Shown: piece by piece, positions 29,927 through 39,648 of the stretch
Numbering within the stretch: position 1 is the first letter of the stretch
Layout: each line of letters starts with the position of its first letter
Source: Akkermansiaceae bacterium
GTDB lineage: Bacteria > Verrucomicrobiota > Verrucomicrobiia > Verrucomicrobiales > Akkermansiaceae
Length of the DNA: 44,220 nt
Reading direction: 5' to 3'
NCBI GenBank assembly: GCA_049631945.1
Contig: JBNABE010000001.1
Location: forward strand, 1-44,220
Notes under the pieces: model-generated
The model's database searches: none
The model's input: the letters and a program-made list of their open reading frames with translations, nothing else
What the model was told of the DNA's origin: nothing
Translations under genes and position numbers: made by a program

Positions 29927-30202
29927 ATGAATAAATCCGAACTCGTCGAAGCCGTTCAAAAATCCCTCGGGAATGATGCAACTAAACGTTGCGCAGAAGA
30001 TGCACTTGCAGCTGTCCTTGACAGCATTGCTGCTGGTGTAAAGAAAGATGGAAAAGTCCAACTTATTGGATTTGGCACTTTCGCAGTCAAGAAGCGTGCA
30101 GCCCGTCAGGGTCGCAACCCTAAGACCGGTGAAGCAATGCAAATCAAAGCCTCCAAGACTGTTGGCTTCAAGTGTTCTTCCAGCCTCAAAGGGTCCCTGT
30201 AA
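29927..30202 (+). CDS. hup: DNA-binding protein HU
   Basis: MNKSELV, VQLIGFGTF, RAARQGRNPKTGE. Confidence 0.95.
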   Translation: MNKSELVEAVQKSLGNDATKRCAEDALAAVLDSIAAGVKKDGKVQLIGFGTFAVKKRAARQGRNPKTGEAMQIKASKTVGFKCSSSLKGSL

Positions 30203-30256
30203 GTATTAACCTGAATTATGCGGTAGATCTATTCTACCCTAAATTCAAACAATCTA

Positions 30257-30290
30257 ACCCGTGTCACTTGCGTGACACGGGTATTTTTTT
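30257..30290 (+). terminator. Intrinsic terminator of hup
   Basis: ACCCGTGTCAC-TTGC-GTGACACGGGT-ATTTTTTT. Confidence 0.88.
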
Positions 30291-30353
30291 GTCTACAGAA
30301 AGCTGATGCATTTTGATGTTTTGCTGGAGAGGATTCACCCCTAGACTCAATCC

Positions 30354-31145
30354 ATGTTATTGCAGCTCATCGGGCGTCCAGCATTGTGGCTCAACGACTA
30401 TCTCGGCCAACTCGCCGGGCTTGTATTTGATATTGTCGAATCACTGGTGCGGGGGAAGCCAAGGTGGCGTCGATTTTTCGACCAAATTGTCGAAATCGGC
30501 TTCAATTCCCAACCAGTGGTATTGATCACTGGTGCTTTTGTAGGTGCTGTACTTGCCGCCCAGGGGCTATTCCAGCTAAGTGGATTACAGATGGAGTCAA
30601 TGGGAGGAGCTCTCGTCAGTGTCGGCATGCTCAGAGAACTTGGCCCGGTTCTCACGGGCATCATGCTCTCTGGTCGCGTTGGTGCCTCTATGGCAGCGGA
30701 AATAGGCACCATGAAAGTAACAGAACAAATCGATGCCCTCAGATCCATGAGTGTAAATCCTATTGACTATTTGGTGACACCTCGCTTTTTGGCCATGCTC
30801 GTGTCTGTTCCGCTTCTTATCACTGAAGCTGCCGCACTCGGCATCGGCGCCGCATGGATAGTAGGCACTCAGGCCTTTGATGTATCAGAGGCTTGGTGGA
30901 GTTACCACACCATGATGCACACTGAGCTTGGCGATATTTACATTGCCTTAACCAAAGGCACGGTCTTCGGGATTTTAATTGTTGTAATCTCCTGCCATCA
31001 GGGCCTCAAGGCTAATCAGGGTGCCGTCGGAGTTGGTAGAGGAACAACACGCGCGATGGTCTACTCTTCTCTGGCCATTCTCATCACCAACTTCTTTCTC
31101 ACCATGCTAATGAATATCTTTTTACCTCTGGGCATTGGCAGCTAA
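30354..31145 (+). CDS. mlaE: MlaE-family lipid transport ABC permease
   Basis: RELGPVLTG, GRVGASMAAEIGTMKVTEQIDAL, GAVGVGRGTT. Confidence 0.9.
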   Translation: MLLQLIGRPALWLNDYLGQLAGLVFDIVESLVRGKPRWRRFFDQIVEIGFNSQPVVLITGAFVGAVLAAQGLFQLSGLQMESMGGALVSVGMLRELGPVLTGIMLSGRVGASMAAEIGTMKVTEQIDALRSMSVNPIDYLVTPRFLAMLVSVPLLITEAAALGIGAAWIVGTQAFDVSEAWWSYHTMMHTELGDIYIALTKGTVFGILIVVISCHQGLKANQGAVGVGRGTTRAMVYSSLAILITNFFLTMLMNIFLPLGIGS

Positions 31146-31220
31146 CACAATAACACTACGCAATTTGACAAATGCTCTCTCAGAAGGAATACTAGAAATG
31201 TCAGGACGTCCTACCGCTCT

Positions 31221-31757
31221 ATGAAAAGTTCACTACGTATTTTATTAATCGCTATCACCGGTATTGCTGGCGCCACCTTGATAATCCAAGCTCAAACACA
31301 ACAACCCATGGCAACTGCAAATAAAGCACCTGAACAACCGCAAAAACCTGTCACAAAAACGGATGCCGAATGGCGCGAGCAACTCACCGCCGAACAATAT
31401 CGTATCGCTCGTAAATCTGGCACCGAGAGACCCAATGGGGAAGTGTATCAGACTTTCAAGAAGCAGGGTGCAGGAACTTACTATTGTATCGGCTGTGATG
31501 CGGAACTGTTTTCATCAAATGAAAAATTTGATTCTCACTGTGGATGGCCGTCATTCTACGATCCATCTAAGGCAAAAAACGTTAAATCGATTATAGATCC
31601 AGACGGCTCCCGAATTGAAGTTCGTTGCGCGGTCTGCGATGCCCACCTCGGCCATGTCTTTACCGGAGAAGGATTCCCCACCCCGACGGATAAGCGCTAT
31701 TGCATTAATGGCACGATATTAAAATTTGTGCCCGCAGAGACCGAAAAATCGGACTAA
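31221..31757 (+). CDS. msrB: Peptide-methionine (R)-S-oxide reductase with N-terminal signal peptide
   Basis: GTERP, CIGC and CAVC Zn motifs, KFDSHCGWPSF, HLGHVF, RYCING; hydrophobic N-terminus ending IQA. Confidence 0.93.
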   Translation: MKSSLRILLIAITGIAGATLIIQAQTQQPMATANKAPEQPQKPVTKTDAEWREQLTAEQYRIARKSGTERPNGEVYQTFKKQGAGTYYCIGCDAELFSSNEKFDSHCGWPSFYDPSKAKNVKSIIDPDGSRIEVRCAVCDAHLGHVFTGEGFPTPTDKRYCINGTILKFVPAETEKSD

Positions 31758-31921
31758 TTATCCCAAGCTCATCATAGCGCTGAGCCTTGATGGCGGTCAT
31801 CACAGCCTACTCACATTGTGCATCTTATGTATTACTTTATGTGCAATTTTTGCATGAAAGGTTCTAGACCTCACATGCAAAACAATAGTAAAATGGTTAC
31901 CCATCGCCAAAAACCTTTATT

Positions 31922-33454
31922 ATGTCAGACCAAGCCGACACCCAAGAACTAGCTGAATCCTATCTCCGTGAACTTGTAGAAACAAATCCAGATGATTGGG
32001 ACAGCAGAAAAAAGCTGGCTCAAATTCTCTACAACGAGGGCAAGACCAAAGAAGCCGCCGCGATCGTGTGGGACGCGCCTGAGATACCCTCTATCGATCT
32101 TGAACTAGGCTTCGCTATTAAAGTGCTTGGCAAAGGAGCACCCAAAAAAGCCATACGTCTGCTGAGTAGTATTCAGGAACTTAATAAGGGAAAAGCCGTG
32201 CAAAATTTGGCGATAGCGAATGCACTCATGCATTACGGCATGGTCATGCAAGCCGCCCGCTTCTATGGCGCAGCCTTTGCTGATGACACCAGCCTAGTCA
32301 ATGCTGACCTCGAGCACTTCCTGCTGTGGGTGGATGATAAGGAAAAGATTTGGGGCGATTTTGAAAAAGATAAACCCAACCTCGCGGAACTGCCATGGAT
32401 GAAGCGTGATGCCAAAGAAGCAGAGTCACTAAAAATGGCTATGCAAGGACACACAACACCCATCAAAATACCAAATTTAGCAGAAGTTACCGCAGAAACA
32501 GTGGTCAACACTATGTATTCTCAAGCTTCACAGCTCAATGTGCAGTCAACACCACCACCCGCGGTTACCATACCAATGGATCGTGTGAACCCCAAGGATG
32601 TCATCGTCGACTCTCAGCTGGGAGCAGCTCAGCCCGCGTCGCCACAGCCAACAGGAGGTAGCACGGGGCAGGCTTTACCAGCAGCTCCTCAACCAGTAGT
32701 GGCCGAGCCGGTGGCTCAGCCAAAATCATTAACCCCGCCTAAACCATTAGCTCCACCCAAACCCCTCGCGGCCCCCAAACCCCTCGCGGCCCCCAAACCC
32801 CTCGCATCACCCAAACCCTTGAGCCCCAATATCGCTCCAGCCCAAGAGGAAAACCCAATTCAGCCACCCAAGCCCCTCATCAATCCTGCAGCTACTGAGG
32901 CTCCCGCACCAGCGGCCCCAACTCTCATTACACCAGCAGCAAAACAAGAGCCCTCTACTAATCCCGCAACTACTCTGCCCGACACGGGGCCTGCTCCTGA
33001 GGGCAAGCCCGCAGTCCCACTTACGGTTAACACCATTGCTATCCCCACGAAAGCGGACGCTCCTACCGCTCCTACGCTGCACATACCCAGCCCGCCCGAC
33101 GATACAGCAAGCCCACAGAGAGAAAAAGAGTCTGATGCATCGAGTCTACCCTCGGCATTGAAATCTTCAGAGGCAAGCCCTGCTAAAACAGCTCCTGAAA
33201 ATTCTCCATCGCCCCTCACTCCGCCTGCTACTGGCGAGGAAAGCTCTGATAACAACGAAGCCGCCTCCCCGCCCGTCTTACAGGCCAAACCAAGCAACAC
33301 AGACGCGAACGGAGAAGTTCAACCCATGAAGCTCAAGGCCCCAGGCCTAAGCGGCGCAGACGCCCCTCTGCTCAGACCAGTCAATACATCAACTCTGGTG
33401 GACGGCAAAATCGTCATCAACAAGCCCTCTAATGGTGACGATGCCGCTAATTAA
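31922..33454 (+). CDS. Hypothetical protein: TPR-like helical N-terminus plus long Pro/Ala-rich disordered region
   Basis: 510 aa ORF; TPR-like NPDDWDSRKKLAQILY and AARFYGAA segments; low-complexity C-terminal half. Confidence 0.75.
   Translation: MSDQADTQELAESYLRELVETNPDDWDSRKKLAQILYNEGKTKEAAAIVWDAPEIPSIDLELGFAIKVLGKGAPKKAIRLLSSIQELNKGKAVQNLAIANALMHYGMVMQAARFYGAAFADDTSLVNADLEHFLLWVDDKEKIWGDFEKDKPNLAELPWMKRDAKEAESLKMAMQGHTTPIKIPNLAEVTAETVVNTMYSQASQLNVQSTPPPAVTIPMDRVNPKDVIVDSQLGAAQPASPQPTGGSTGQALPAAPQPVVAEPVAQPKSLTPPKPLAPPKPLAAPKPLAAPKPLASPKPLSPNIAPAQEENPIQPPKPLINPAATEAPAPAAPTLITPAAKQEPSTNPATTLPDTGPAPEGKPAVPLTVNTIAIPTKADAPTAPTLHIPSPPDDTASPQREKESDASSLPSALKSSEASPAKTAPENSPSPLTPPATGEESSDNNEAASPPVLQAKPSNTDANGEVQPMKLKAPGLSGADAPLLRPVNTSTLVDGKIVINKPSNGDDAAN
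32720..32827 (+). repeat. In-frame 18 bp tandem repeat (about 6 units, PKPLAA)
   Basis: CCCAAACCCCTCGCGGCC exact at 32756 and 32774, with degenerate copies on either side. Confidence 0.85.
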
Positions 33455-33497
33455 TGTATTTTAGCCGACAGAAAGCACACGGTTTTATATTTCCAAT

Positions 33498-33527
33498 ACC
33501 ATCATATATTTGCGCATATATGATGGT
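33498..33527. terminator. Perfect 12-6-12 inverted repeat (terminator or operator)
   Basis: ACCATCATATAT-TTGCGC-ATATATGATGGT followed by CTTTTT. Confidence 0.55.
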
Positions 33528-33562
33528 CTTTTAAAGTGACAAAAAGTTCACAGATCGGAATC

Positions 33563-33603
33563 TTGACTTTTGAGTCCCACCTGTTATTTCCATAAATATG
33601 GAA
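33563..33603 (+). promoter_or_regulatory. Putative arsR promoter and ArsR operator overlapping the start codon
   Basis: TTGACT (33563), TGn-TATTTC (33582-33590), palindrome TTCCATA-AA-TATGGAA (33588-33603) spanning the ATG. Confidence 0.55.
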
Positions 33604-33942
33604 TTACAAGATGCATCAAATGCTTTATCTGCACTATCGCAAACATCACGCCTCGAGCTATTCCGCCTACTTGTCATCTCGGGAGATGAGGGTTTGGCTG
33701 CAGGCAATATATCGGTCGAGCTGGGTATACCCAAGCCGACGCTTTCCTTTCATCTCAAAGAGTTGAGCACAGCTGGATTGATCACCTCCAAGCGCCACGG
33801 ACGCTCCATCACCTATAAAATAAACATTGATGGCATTCGTGACCTCATGGCGTTCCTGACCGACGACTGTTGCCAAGGTCGACCTGAGCTCTGCAACTTG
33901 CGAGACGAGCCCACCAACAGCTTACCCACCAACTTACTATGA
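33598..33942 (+). CDS. arsR: As(III)-sensing ArsR repressor, C-terminal vicinal Cys type
   Basis: [29 protein letters not shown] wHTH; C-terminal CCQGRPELC. Confidence 0.9.
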   Translation: MELQDASNALSALSQTSRLELFRLLVISGDEGLAAGNISVELGIPKPTLSFHLKELSTAGLITSKRHGRSITYKINIDGIRDLMAFLTDDCCQGRPELCNLRDEPTNSLPTNLL

Positions 33943-34937
33943 ATGTAGCAATCAATGGATTTGGCCGCATCGGACGCCTTGGCTTTCGCGCGGGCTGGAC
34001 GCATCCTGAATACAACATCACGTCCATCAACGAACTTCATGGAACAGCCGAGACCGGCGCCCACTTACTGGAATTTGATACAGTACATGGCAGGTGGGAT
34101 CGTCAAATCTCTCACGACCAATCAAGCATTACGGTAGAGAACAAACACATTACATACACCAACGCCCAAACGCCAGCAGAGATAAACCTCAATGGAGTTG
34201 ATATCGTCATTGATTCCACCGGCGCCTATCGCACTCCTGAATTACTGCAGCCCTATTTTGATGCTGGAGTGAAGAAGGTCATTGTTGCGGCCCCCGTCAA
34301 AGAGGGCGCACTCAATATCGTAATGGGTTGTAACGACCACCTCTACCAGTCAGATGAGCACCACTTGCTAACGGCAGCATCCTGTACCACAAACTGCATC
34401 GCACCTGTAGTGAAAGTCATTCATGAGAACTTGGGCATCAAACACGGCATGATAACAACTATGCACGATGTTACCAACACTCAGGTAGTCGTCGACGCAC
34501 CGCACAAAGATTTAAGGCGTGCTCGCTCATGTCTGAACTCGCTCATTCCAACATCAACAGGGTCTGCAACCGCCATCACAATGATCTATCCTGAGCTTAA
34601 AGGTAAATTAGATGGTATTGCTGTCCGCCTACCCCTACTTAACGCCTCGCTTACTGACTGCGTCTTCGAACTTCCAAAGCCTACCACCGTAACAGAGGTG
34701 AATACGTTACTCAAAGATGCCTCTGAAGGTCCACTGAAGGGAATTCTTGGCTATGAGGAACGCCCACTCGTCTCGACAGATTATACCAATGACACCCGGT
34801 CTGGAATCGTTGATGCACAATCAACAATGGTGACAAATGGGACTCAGCTCAAGCTACTCGTCTGGTATGATAATGAGGTAGGCTACGCTACCCGCATGAT
34901 GGAATTAGTCGCCAAGGTCGCCACATCTTTATCATAA
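33939..34937 (+). CDS. gapdh: ArsJ-associated glyceraldehyde-3-phosphate dehydrogenase
   Basis: [22 protein letters not shown]; translationally coupled to arsR (ATGA overlap) and upstream of arsJ. Confidence 0.92.
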   Translation: MNVAINGFGRIGRLGFRAGWTHPEYNITSINELHGTAETGAHLLEFDTVHGRWDRQISHDQSSITVENKHITYTNAQTPAEINLNGVDIVIDSTGAYRTPELLQPYFDAGVKKVIVAAPVKEGALNIVMGCNDHLYQSDEHHLLTAASCTTNCIAPVVKVIHENLGIKHGMITTMHDVTNTQVVVDAPHKDLRRARSCLNSLIPTSTGSATAITMIYPELKGKLDGIAVRLPLLNASLTDCVFELPKPTTVTEVNTLLKDASEGPLKGILGYEERPLVSTDYTNDTRSGIVDAQSTMVTNGTQLKLLVWYDNEVGYATRMMELVAKVATSLS

Positions 34938-34961
34938 GCTAGCGCTTGCCAGACTGATTGC

Positions 34962-36146
34962 ATGAATACTAAAAGTTATGCTGTTGTCACGGCTTCCTAT
35001 TGGGGCTTCACCCTCACGGATGGAGCTTTGCGCATGCTGGTTTTACTCCACTTTCACCAGCTTGGCTATTCACCGCTGAACTTAGCCTTTCTCTTTTTAC
35101 TCTATGAGTTTTGCGGAGTGCTCACCAATTTTTTAGGCGGCTGGATTGGTTCAAGAGTAGGCTTAAGAGCGACACTTTACACTGGGCTTGCCATTCAAGT
35201 CTTTGCCTTGCTGATGCTCTCTTTTGTAAATCCTACATGGGCCATGACTTTGTCTGTTAGTTATGTGATGGCGTCCCAGGCTCTCTCAGGCATTGCCAAA
35301 GACCTTACCAAGATGAGCTCCAAAAGTGCAGTGAAACTGCTCGTTAATGAGGGTGATGGCGCTCTATTCAAATGGGTTGCCATCCTGACAGGCTCAAAAA
35401 ACGCCCTCAAAGGAATTGGCTTCTTATTAGGTGGTGTATTGCTCACATGGCTTGGCTTTGCTTGCTCACTTTGGCTGATGGCCGCTTGCCTTGGCTTGAT
35501 ACTGCTTGCCGCCTTGTTCGTCCTTGATCAAGACATGGGCAAAAGCAAAAAAAAGGTGAAGTTTACTCAACTCTTCTCCAAGTCACCGGAAATCAACCGA
35601 CTTTCAACCGCACGCTTCTTTTTGTTTGCCTCACGTGATGTTTGGTTTGTGGTGGCTCTTCCTGTATTCTTGAAGTCTCAACTCAGCTGGAGCTTCAACC
35701 AAGTTGGCACTTTTATGGCCGCCTGGGTAGTTGGGTATGGTATCGTGCAAGCCTCTGCACCTCGTTTAGTCAGTTACAAAAATCTAGCGCAAAGCGCCGC
35801 ACGCTGGGTAGGTCTACTCGCTCTCGCTACGGCTATACTTAGCACCTCAATCACACTGGAATTTTACCCTGTCACTTCGATCTTTGTAGGCTTAGCCATC
35901 TTCGGCATTATTTTTGCAATGAACTCGGCCATACATTCTTACATGATCCTCACATTGACCTCTGATGATCAAGTGGCACTCAATGTAGGTTTCTACTACA
36001 TGGCAAATGCTTGGGGCCGCTTGGTTGGCACCTTACTCTCTGGCCTTGTTTTCATATACGGCGGTTTGGCCGCCTGCCTATGGGCGAGTGCTATCATGTT
36101 GATAGCAGCTTTCGCAATTACCTTATCACTAAAATTCAGGAGTTGA
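34962..36146 (+). CDS. arsJ: Organoarsenical (1-arseno-3-phosphoglycerate) efflux MFS transporter
   Basis: YWGFTLTDGALRMLVLLHFH, SGIAKDLTKMSSKSAVK, LTGSKNALKG, RDVWFVVALPV, VGFYYMANA.GRL. Confidence 0.92.
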   Translation: MNTKSYAVVTASYWGFTLTDGALRMLVLLHFHQLGYSPLNLAFLFLLYEFCGVLTNFLGGWIGSRVGLRATLYTGLAIQVFALLMLSFVNPTWAMTLSVSYVMASQALSGIAKDLTKMSSKSAVKLLVNEGDGALFKWVAILTGSKNALKGIGFLLGGVLLTWLGFACSLWLMAACLGLILLAALFVLDQDMGKSKKKVKFTQLFSKSPEINRLSTARFFLFASRDVWFVVALPVFLKSQLSWSFNQVGTFMAAWVVGYGIVQASAPRLVSYKNLAQSAARWVGLLALATAILSTSITLEFYPVTSIFVGLAIFGIIFAMNSAIHSYMILTLTSDDQVALNVGFYYMANAWGRLVGTLLSGLVFIYGGLAACLWASAIMLIAAFAITLSLKFRS

Positions 36147-36773
36147 ACTGAAGGTCAACTCTTCACCCGTCACGGGGTGTGCAAAGCTGAGTTCACAGGC
36201 GTGCAATTTCAATTGCCCTGAGCCTGTTCCGCGCCCATAGAATGGGTCACCAACAATCGGAATCCCGAGACCTTTTTCATGATAGGCGTGGAGACGAAGC
36301 TGATGTGTTCGCCCAGTAATCGGGGTAAACTCAACCCGTGTTGTTTGACCCTCTAGAGCTATTTTACGCCAATGCGTAATACCTATTTTGCCATGTAGCT
36401 CATCGTAGATTTGAATAGGTCGATTATCAACATCGAGACGAAAGGGCAGCTCGACCACACCACTTTGATGCTGCAGCACGCCATCCAATAAAGCGATGTA
36501 TTTCTTTTTGGTTTGCCGTTCGTGAAATTGCCTCGATAAATTGCGATGCGCTTCCGCACTGAGTGCAACAACCATCAAACCAGAAGTGTCCATATCGAGG
36601 CGGTGCACGGCTGGCTGCTCAATACAGCTCGGAAACATTCGCCTCACACGGTGGGCAACACTGTCTATCTTATCAGCACCACGCCCAGGCACAGCAAGCA
36701 TGCCGCTTAGCTTATTAACCACGACAAAGTCGGGATCAGTGTGCAGAATATCTAGTAGCTGTTCAGAATTCAT
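36129..36773 (-). CDS. RluA-family RNA pseudouridine synthase
   Basis: HRLDMDTSG, TGRTHQLRLH, IVGDPFYG, LHA; start reassigned to ATG 36773. Confidence 0.9.
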   Translation of the reverse strand: MNSEQLLDILHTDPDFVVVNKLSGMLAVPGRGADKIDSVAHRVRRMFPSCIEQPAVHRLDMDTSGLMVVALSAEAHRNLSRQFHERQTKKKYIALLDGVLQHQSGVVELPFRLDVDNRPIQIYDELHGKIGITHWRKIALEGQTTRVEFTPITGRTHQLRLHAYHEKGLGIPIVGDPFYGRGTGSGQLKLHACELSFAHPVTGEELTFSSTPEF

Positions 36774-36874
36774 TGCCAAAAGAATCAGTGACCGAGCCGA
36801 TGCCAAGTGTCAAGATCAGCGGATGGCACAGATCAGGATTGCCCGCCAACGCTCTCACAAGGCATGCTGTAGCC

Positions 36875-37462
36875 ATGAACGAAACTATGCTCCGAGATGC
36901 GTATCGCAGATTTGATGCTGCCAATGCAGAAGACCCCAATACCCTTGAGGTCAATGGACGACTTCAGCCTAAAGAGCTAGTCTTTGCAAAGCGTCTTAGC
37001 GAAGCGGTTTTGAGCCTAGACCCCGATGCCTCAACCGCCCTGAGACTGGCTGCACGCTGCCAGCATATCAGACGCTGGGAAATGCCGCGCTCGACCCAAC
37101 CCATGGGACGCGCAGGCTACCTAAAGTGGCGCACCCTATTGAAGAAATTTCATGCAGAGCAATCAGCAAACATCCTCGCGGCTGTAGGATACGACACAGA
37201 ACTTATTGAACGCGTGCAGAAGCTCAACCTAAAGCAAAATTTAAAAACAGATCAGGATTGTCAAACCTTGGAAGATGGCCTCTGCTTGGTATTTCTGGAA
37301 TACCAATTTGACGCACTGATCGCTGATACCGAGCCAGAAAAATTACTTGGTATTGTTCGTAAAACTTGGGCCAAAATGAGCCCTCGAGGTCAGCAAGCCA
37401 CGAGTAAAATTACATTCTCTGAGCAAGGCACTCGTGTTCTCCAACAGGCCTTGGCACAATAG
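36875..37462 (+). CDS. DUF4202 domain protein
   Basis: DAANAEDPN, LAARCQHIRRW, GRAGYLKWR, QTLEDGLCLVFLE, KTWAKMS; start reassigned to ATG 36875. Confidence 0.82.
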   Translation: MNETMLRDAYRRFDAANAEDPNTLEVNGRLQPKELVFAKRLSEAVLSLDPDASTALRLAARCQHIRRWEMPRSTQPMGRAGYLKWRTLLKKFHAEQSANILAAVGYDTELIERVQKLNLKQNLKTDQDCQTLEDGLCLVFLEYQFDALIADTEPEKLLGIVRKTWAKMSPRGQQATSKITFSEQGTRVLQQALAQ

Positions 37463-37532
37463 GTCTCGTCGAAATGTAAGCTAATACTCTAAAAACTCGA
37501 CTTTTCTGGGTAATTATACTATCCCAATCGCC

Positions 37533-38729
37533 GTGAGTAATACCGAACCATCACTCAAAAAAAGCCCTGATTTAGAAGTTAAAGATGCACAACTCATCTT
37601 CAATTCTGTCTGGGAAACCCTAGAAGCCGAACGCGGACGGGAAAAAATGCGCTTCCCCAAAGAGCTTATTTTACTCGGCGGGGCGCCCGGCTCCGGTAAA
37701 GGCACCAACACTGCCTACATCTGCAAAGTTCGTGATATTGCTGCTGACCCGATTGTTGTCAGCGCTTTACTCGATACTCCAGAAATGCAAGCGCTCAAAG
37801 CAGAGGGCCATATGGTGGGAGATCGCGAGGTCGTTGATATCTTGTTTCGTAAAATGCTCGATCCCGAATATCGCGAAGGCGTCGTGCTCGATGGATTTCC
37901 CCGAACAACAGTACAGGTGGAGTGCATCAAGATGCTTTACGATAAGATGGTCACCTTACGTCGAGAGTTTGAAGACACCCCGCTTAAAGTTCACTTCAAA
38001 CAACCGATTTACCACATCATGGTGCTCTTCGTTGATGAGGCTGAGAGTATTGCGCGCCAACTCAAACGTGGTCGTGAAATTATTGCTCACAACGAGGAGG
38101 TCAAGCGCACAGGTAACGGCATTATTTTGGAAGAGCGCCCAACCGACACTAGTGAGGATCTTGCGCGTAACCGTTACCGCACCTTCAAAGAGCAAACCTA
38201 CGATGCGCTGCTCTCGCTTAAGCAAATCTTTCACTATCATTTCATCAATGCTCAGCTGCCACTGGATGCCGTGCAGAGCAACATCTTGCAAGAACTGGAG
38301 TACCAAAGCTCGCTTGAGCTTGATCCCCGTACCTACGACGTATTACGCGGATTACCAGAGGCTGCCGATATCACCAATCACGCCCGCCGTGACTTAGTCT
38401 ATCGCCTGGACCGTTACAATCTTGAGCATCCGGAACTGTTCCGTGACGTCGTAGAAATGATCGATACAAAAATCATGTCGATCATTAAGCCTCACGCCAT
38501 TTCTGGCAGAGCTCATGTCAACACAGAGGACTCCTTACTTTCCAAGCCTAAGGCACTTGCTATGCTCATAGATGTGTTTTCAGAGCGTGGCTTCTTCGCT
38601 TCTGTTGACATCCACCTGATGGAAATTCCTAATCGTGTTGATCTCAATACAGGCAAAATCGAGTGCCGCGAAAAGAAGGTGTTCCGCATCACTGTACACT
38701 TCAAAGGCTCAGAGATCCGAAGAGGCTAA
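37533..38729 (+). CDS. Long-form adenylate/nucleoside monophosphate kinase family protein
   Basis: LLGGAPGSGKGT P-loop, LDGFPRT..Q; N- and C-terminal extensions; GTG start. Confidence 0.8.
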   Translation: MSNTEPSLKKSPDLEVKDAQLIFNSVWETLEAERGREKMRFPKELILLGGAPGSGKGTNTAYICKVRDIAADPIVVSALLDTPEMQALKAEGHMVGDREVVDILFRKMLDPEYREGVVLDGFPRTTVQVECIKMLYDKMVTLRREFEDTPLKVHFKQPIYHIMVLFVDEAESIARQLKRGREIIAHNEEVKRTGNGIILEERPTDTSEDLARNRYRTFKEQTYDALLSLKQIFHYHFINAQLPLDAVQSNILQELEYQSSLELDPRTYDVLRGLPEAADITNHARRDLVYRLDRYNLEHPELFRDVVEMIDTKIMSIIKPHAISGRAHVNTEDSLLSKPKALAMLIDVFSERGFFASVDIHLMEIPNRVDLNTGKIECREKKVFRITVHFKGSEIRRG

Positions 38730-38744
38730 GCCTTGATCACACCC

Positions 38745-39488
38745 TTATTGGCCAAGCACCTTAAGCTCTATCTTACGAAATTGAATCGGGTAGCTACTCG
38801 CTTGCAATGCTATTGTTCCACTGTGATGTGCACCCATTTCCGTTAGAGTCGGCCTCTTATATTCCGCGATCAGCTGCCCCCCTGTTTTGTAACGAATCAC
38901 CTCACCGCCATGAACCTCCACCTCGATGCTGGTCCATTGACCCTCCTGATTCTGATTACCACGTCGTTCATTAGCATCAATGACTGTAACTGAAGCGTCG
39001 GCCGCTACTTGCTCACCCTCGTCGTAAATATTTTTTCGCCCAATACACAGCTGTGCCTGCAAGGATACAGGCTTAAGCTGCTGCTTGCCCATGCTCTCAG
39101 GGCTCTGACCATGCAGTATTAAACTACTCATCGACAATAAGGACTCGGGAGCATCTCGCACTTGATCTCCTGCAAGCCTGTATTCCACTCTCAAGATATA
39201 ATGTGAAAATGCATCTTTATAAAATAAGTGCCCCATATTGTTATGCCAACCCTCCTTGTACTTATCGTAACAAACCATCAACACGCCATTTCTAACAATA
39301 AAAGTGTTTTTATAATTAACCCCCAAGTCATGCCCTACAAACTTGGGCGTCCAACCATGAAGATTTTTACCGTTAAAGAGCTGTATCCATGATTGCTGAG
39401 TCTCAGACTTTTCCTTCGCACGCAAGCTAGGCAAGAACAAACCCGCTATGATACAGGCCAGTATGAAGTGGTTAACATAAACTTTCAT
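38745..39488 (-). CDS. DUF1080 (3-keto-disaccharide hydrolase-like) exported protein
   Basis: WIQLFNGKNLHGW, GHLFY..FSHYILRVEY, GTIALQ, FRKIELK; signal peptide after start ATG 39488. Confidence 0.8.
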   Translation of the reverse strand: MKVYVNHFILACIIAGLFLPSLRAKEKSETQQSWIQLFNGKNLHGWTPKFVGHDLGVNYKNTFIVRNGVLMVCYDKYKEGWHNNMGHLFYKDAFSHYILRVEYRLAGDQVRDAPESLLSMSSLILHGQSPESMGKQQLKPVSLQAQLCIGRKNIYDEGEQVAADASVTVIDANERRGNQNQEGQWTSIEVEVHGGEVIRYKTGGQLIAEYKRPTLTEMGAHHSGTIALQASSYPIQFRKIELKVLGQ

Positions 39489-39648
39489 CCATAAAAGAAT
39501 ACGCCTTCTGTTCGCCCTAAATTTCATGACGTCGAAATTTTTGTCCAAATCGACAGCATGACCCTACCTACATTCGCTATTTAAAACTATTATCACTAGC
39601 TAATGGTTGCCATCGCAAGATATGCCGTTTACATATTTAGCACTCCAC

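Noticed and set aside
32720-32827. 18 bp repeats as a CRISPR or mobile element
   Set aside because: They are in-frame coding tandem repeats with no spacers.
37732-38397. 221 aa alternative-frame ORF inside the kinase gene, and similar shadow ORFs such as 25088..25660
   Set aside because: Fully nested in well-supported genes, with no motifs; expected from codon bias.
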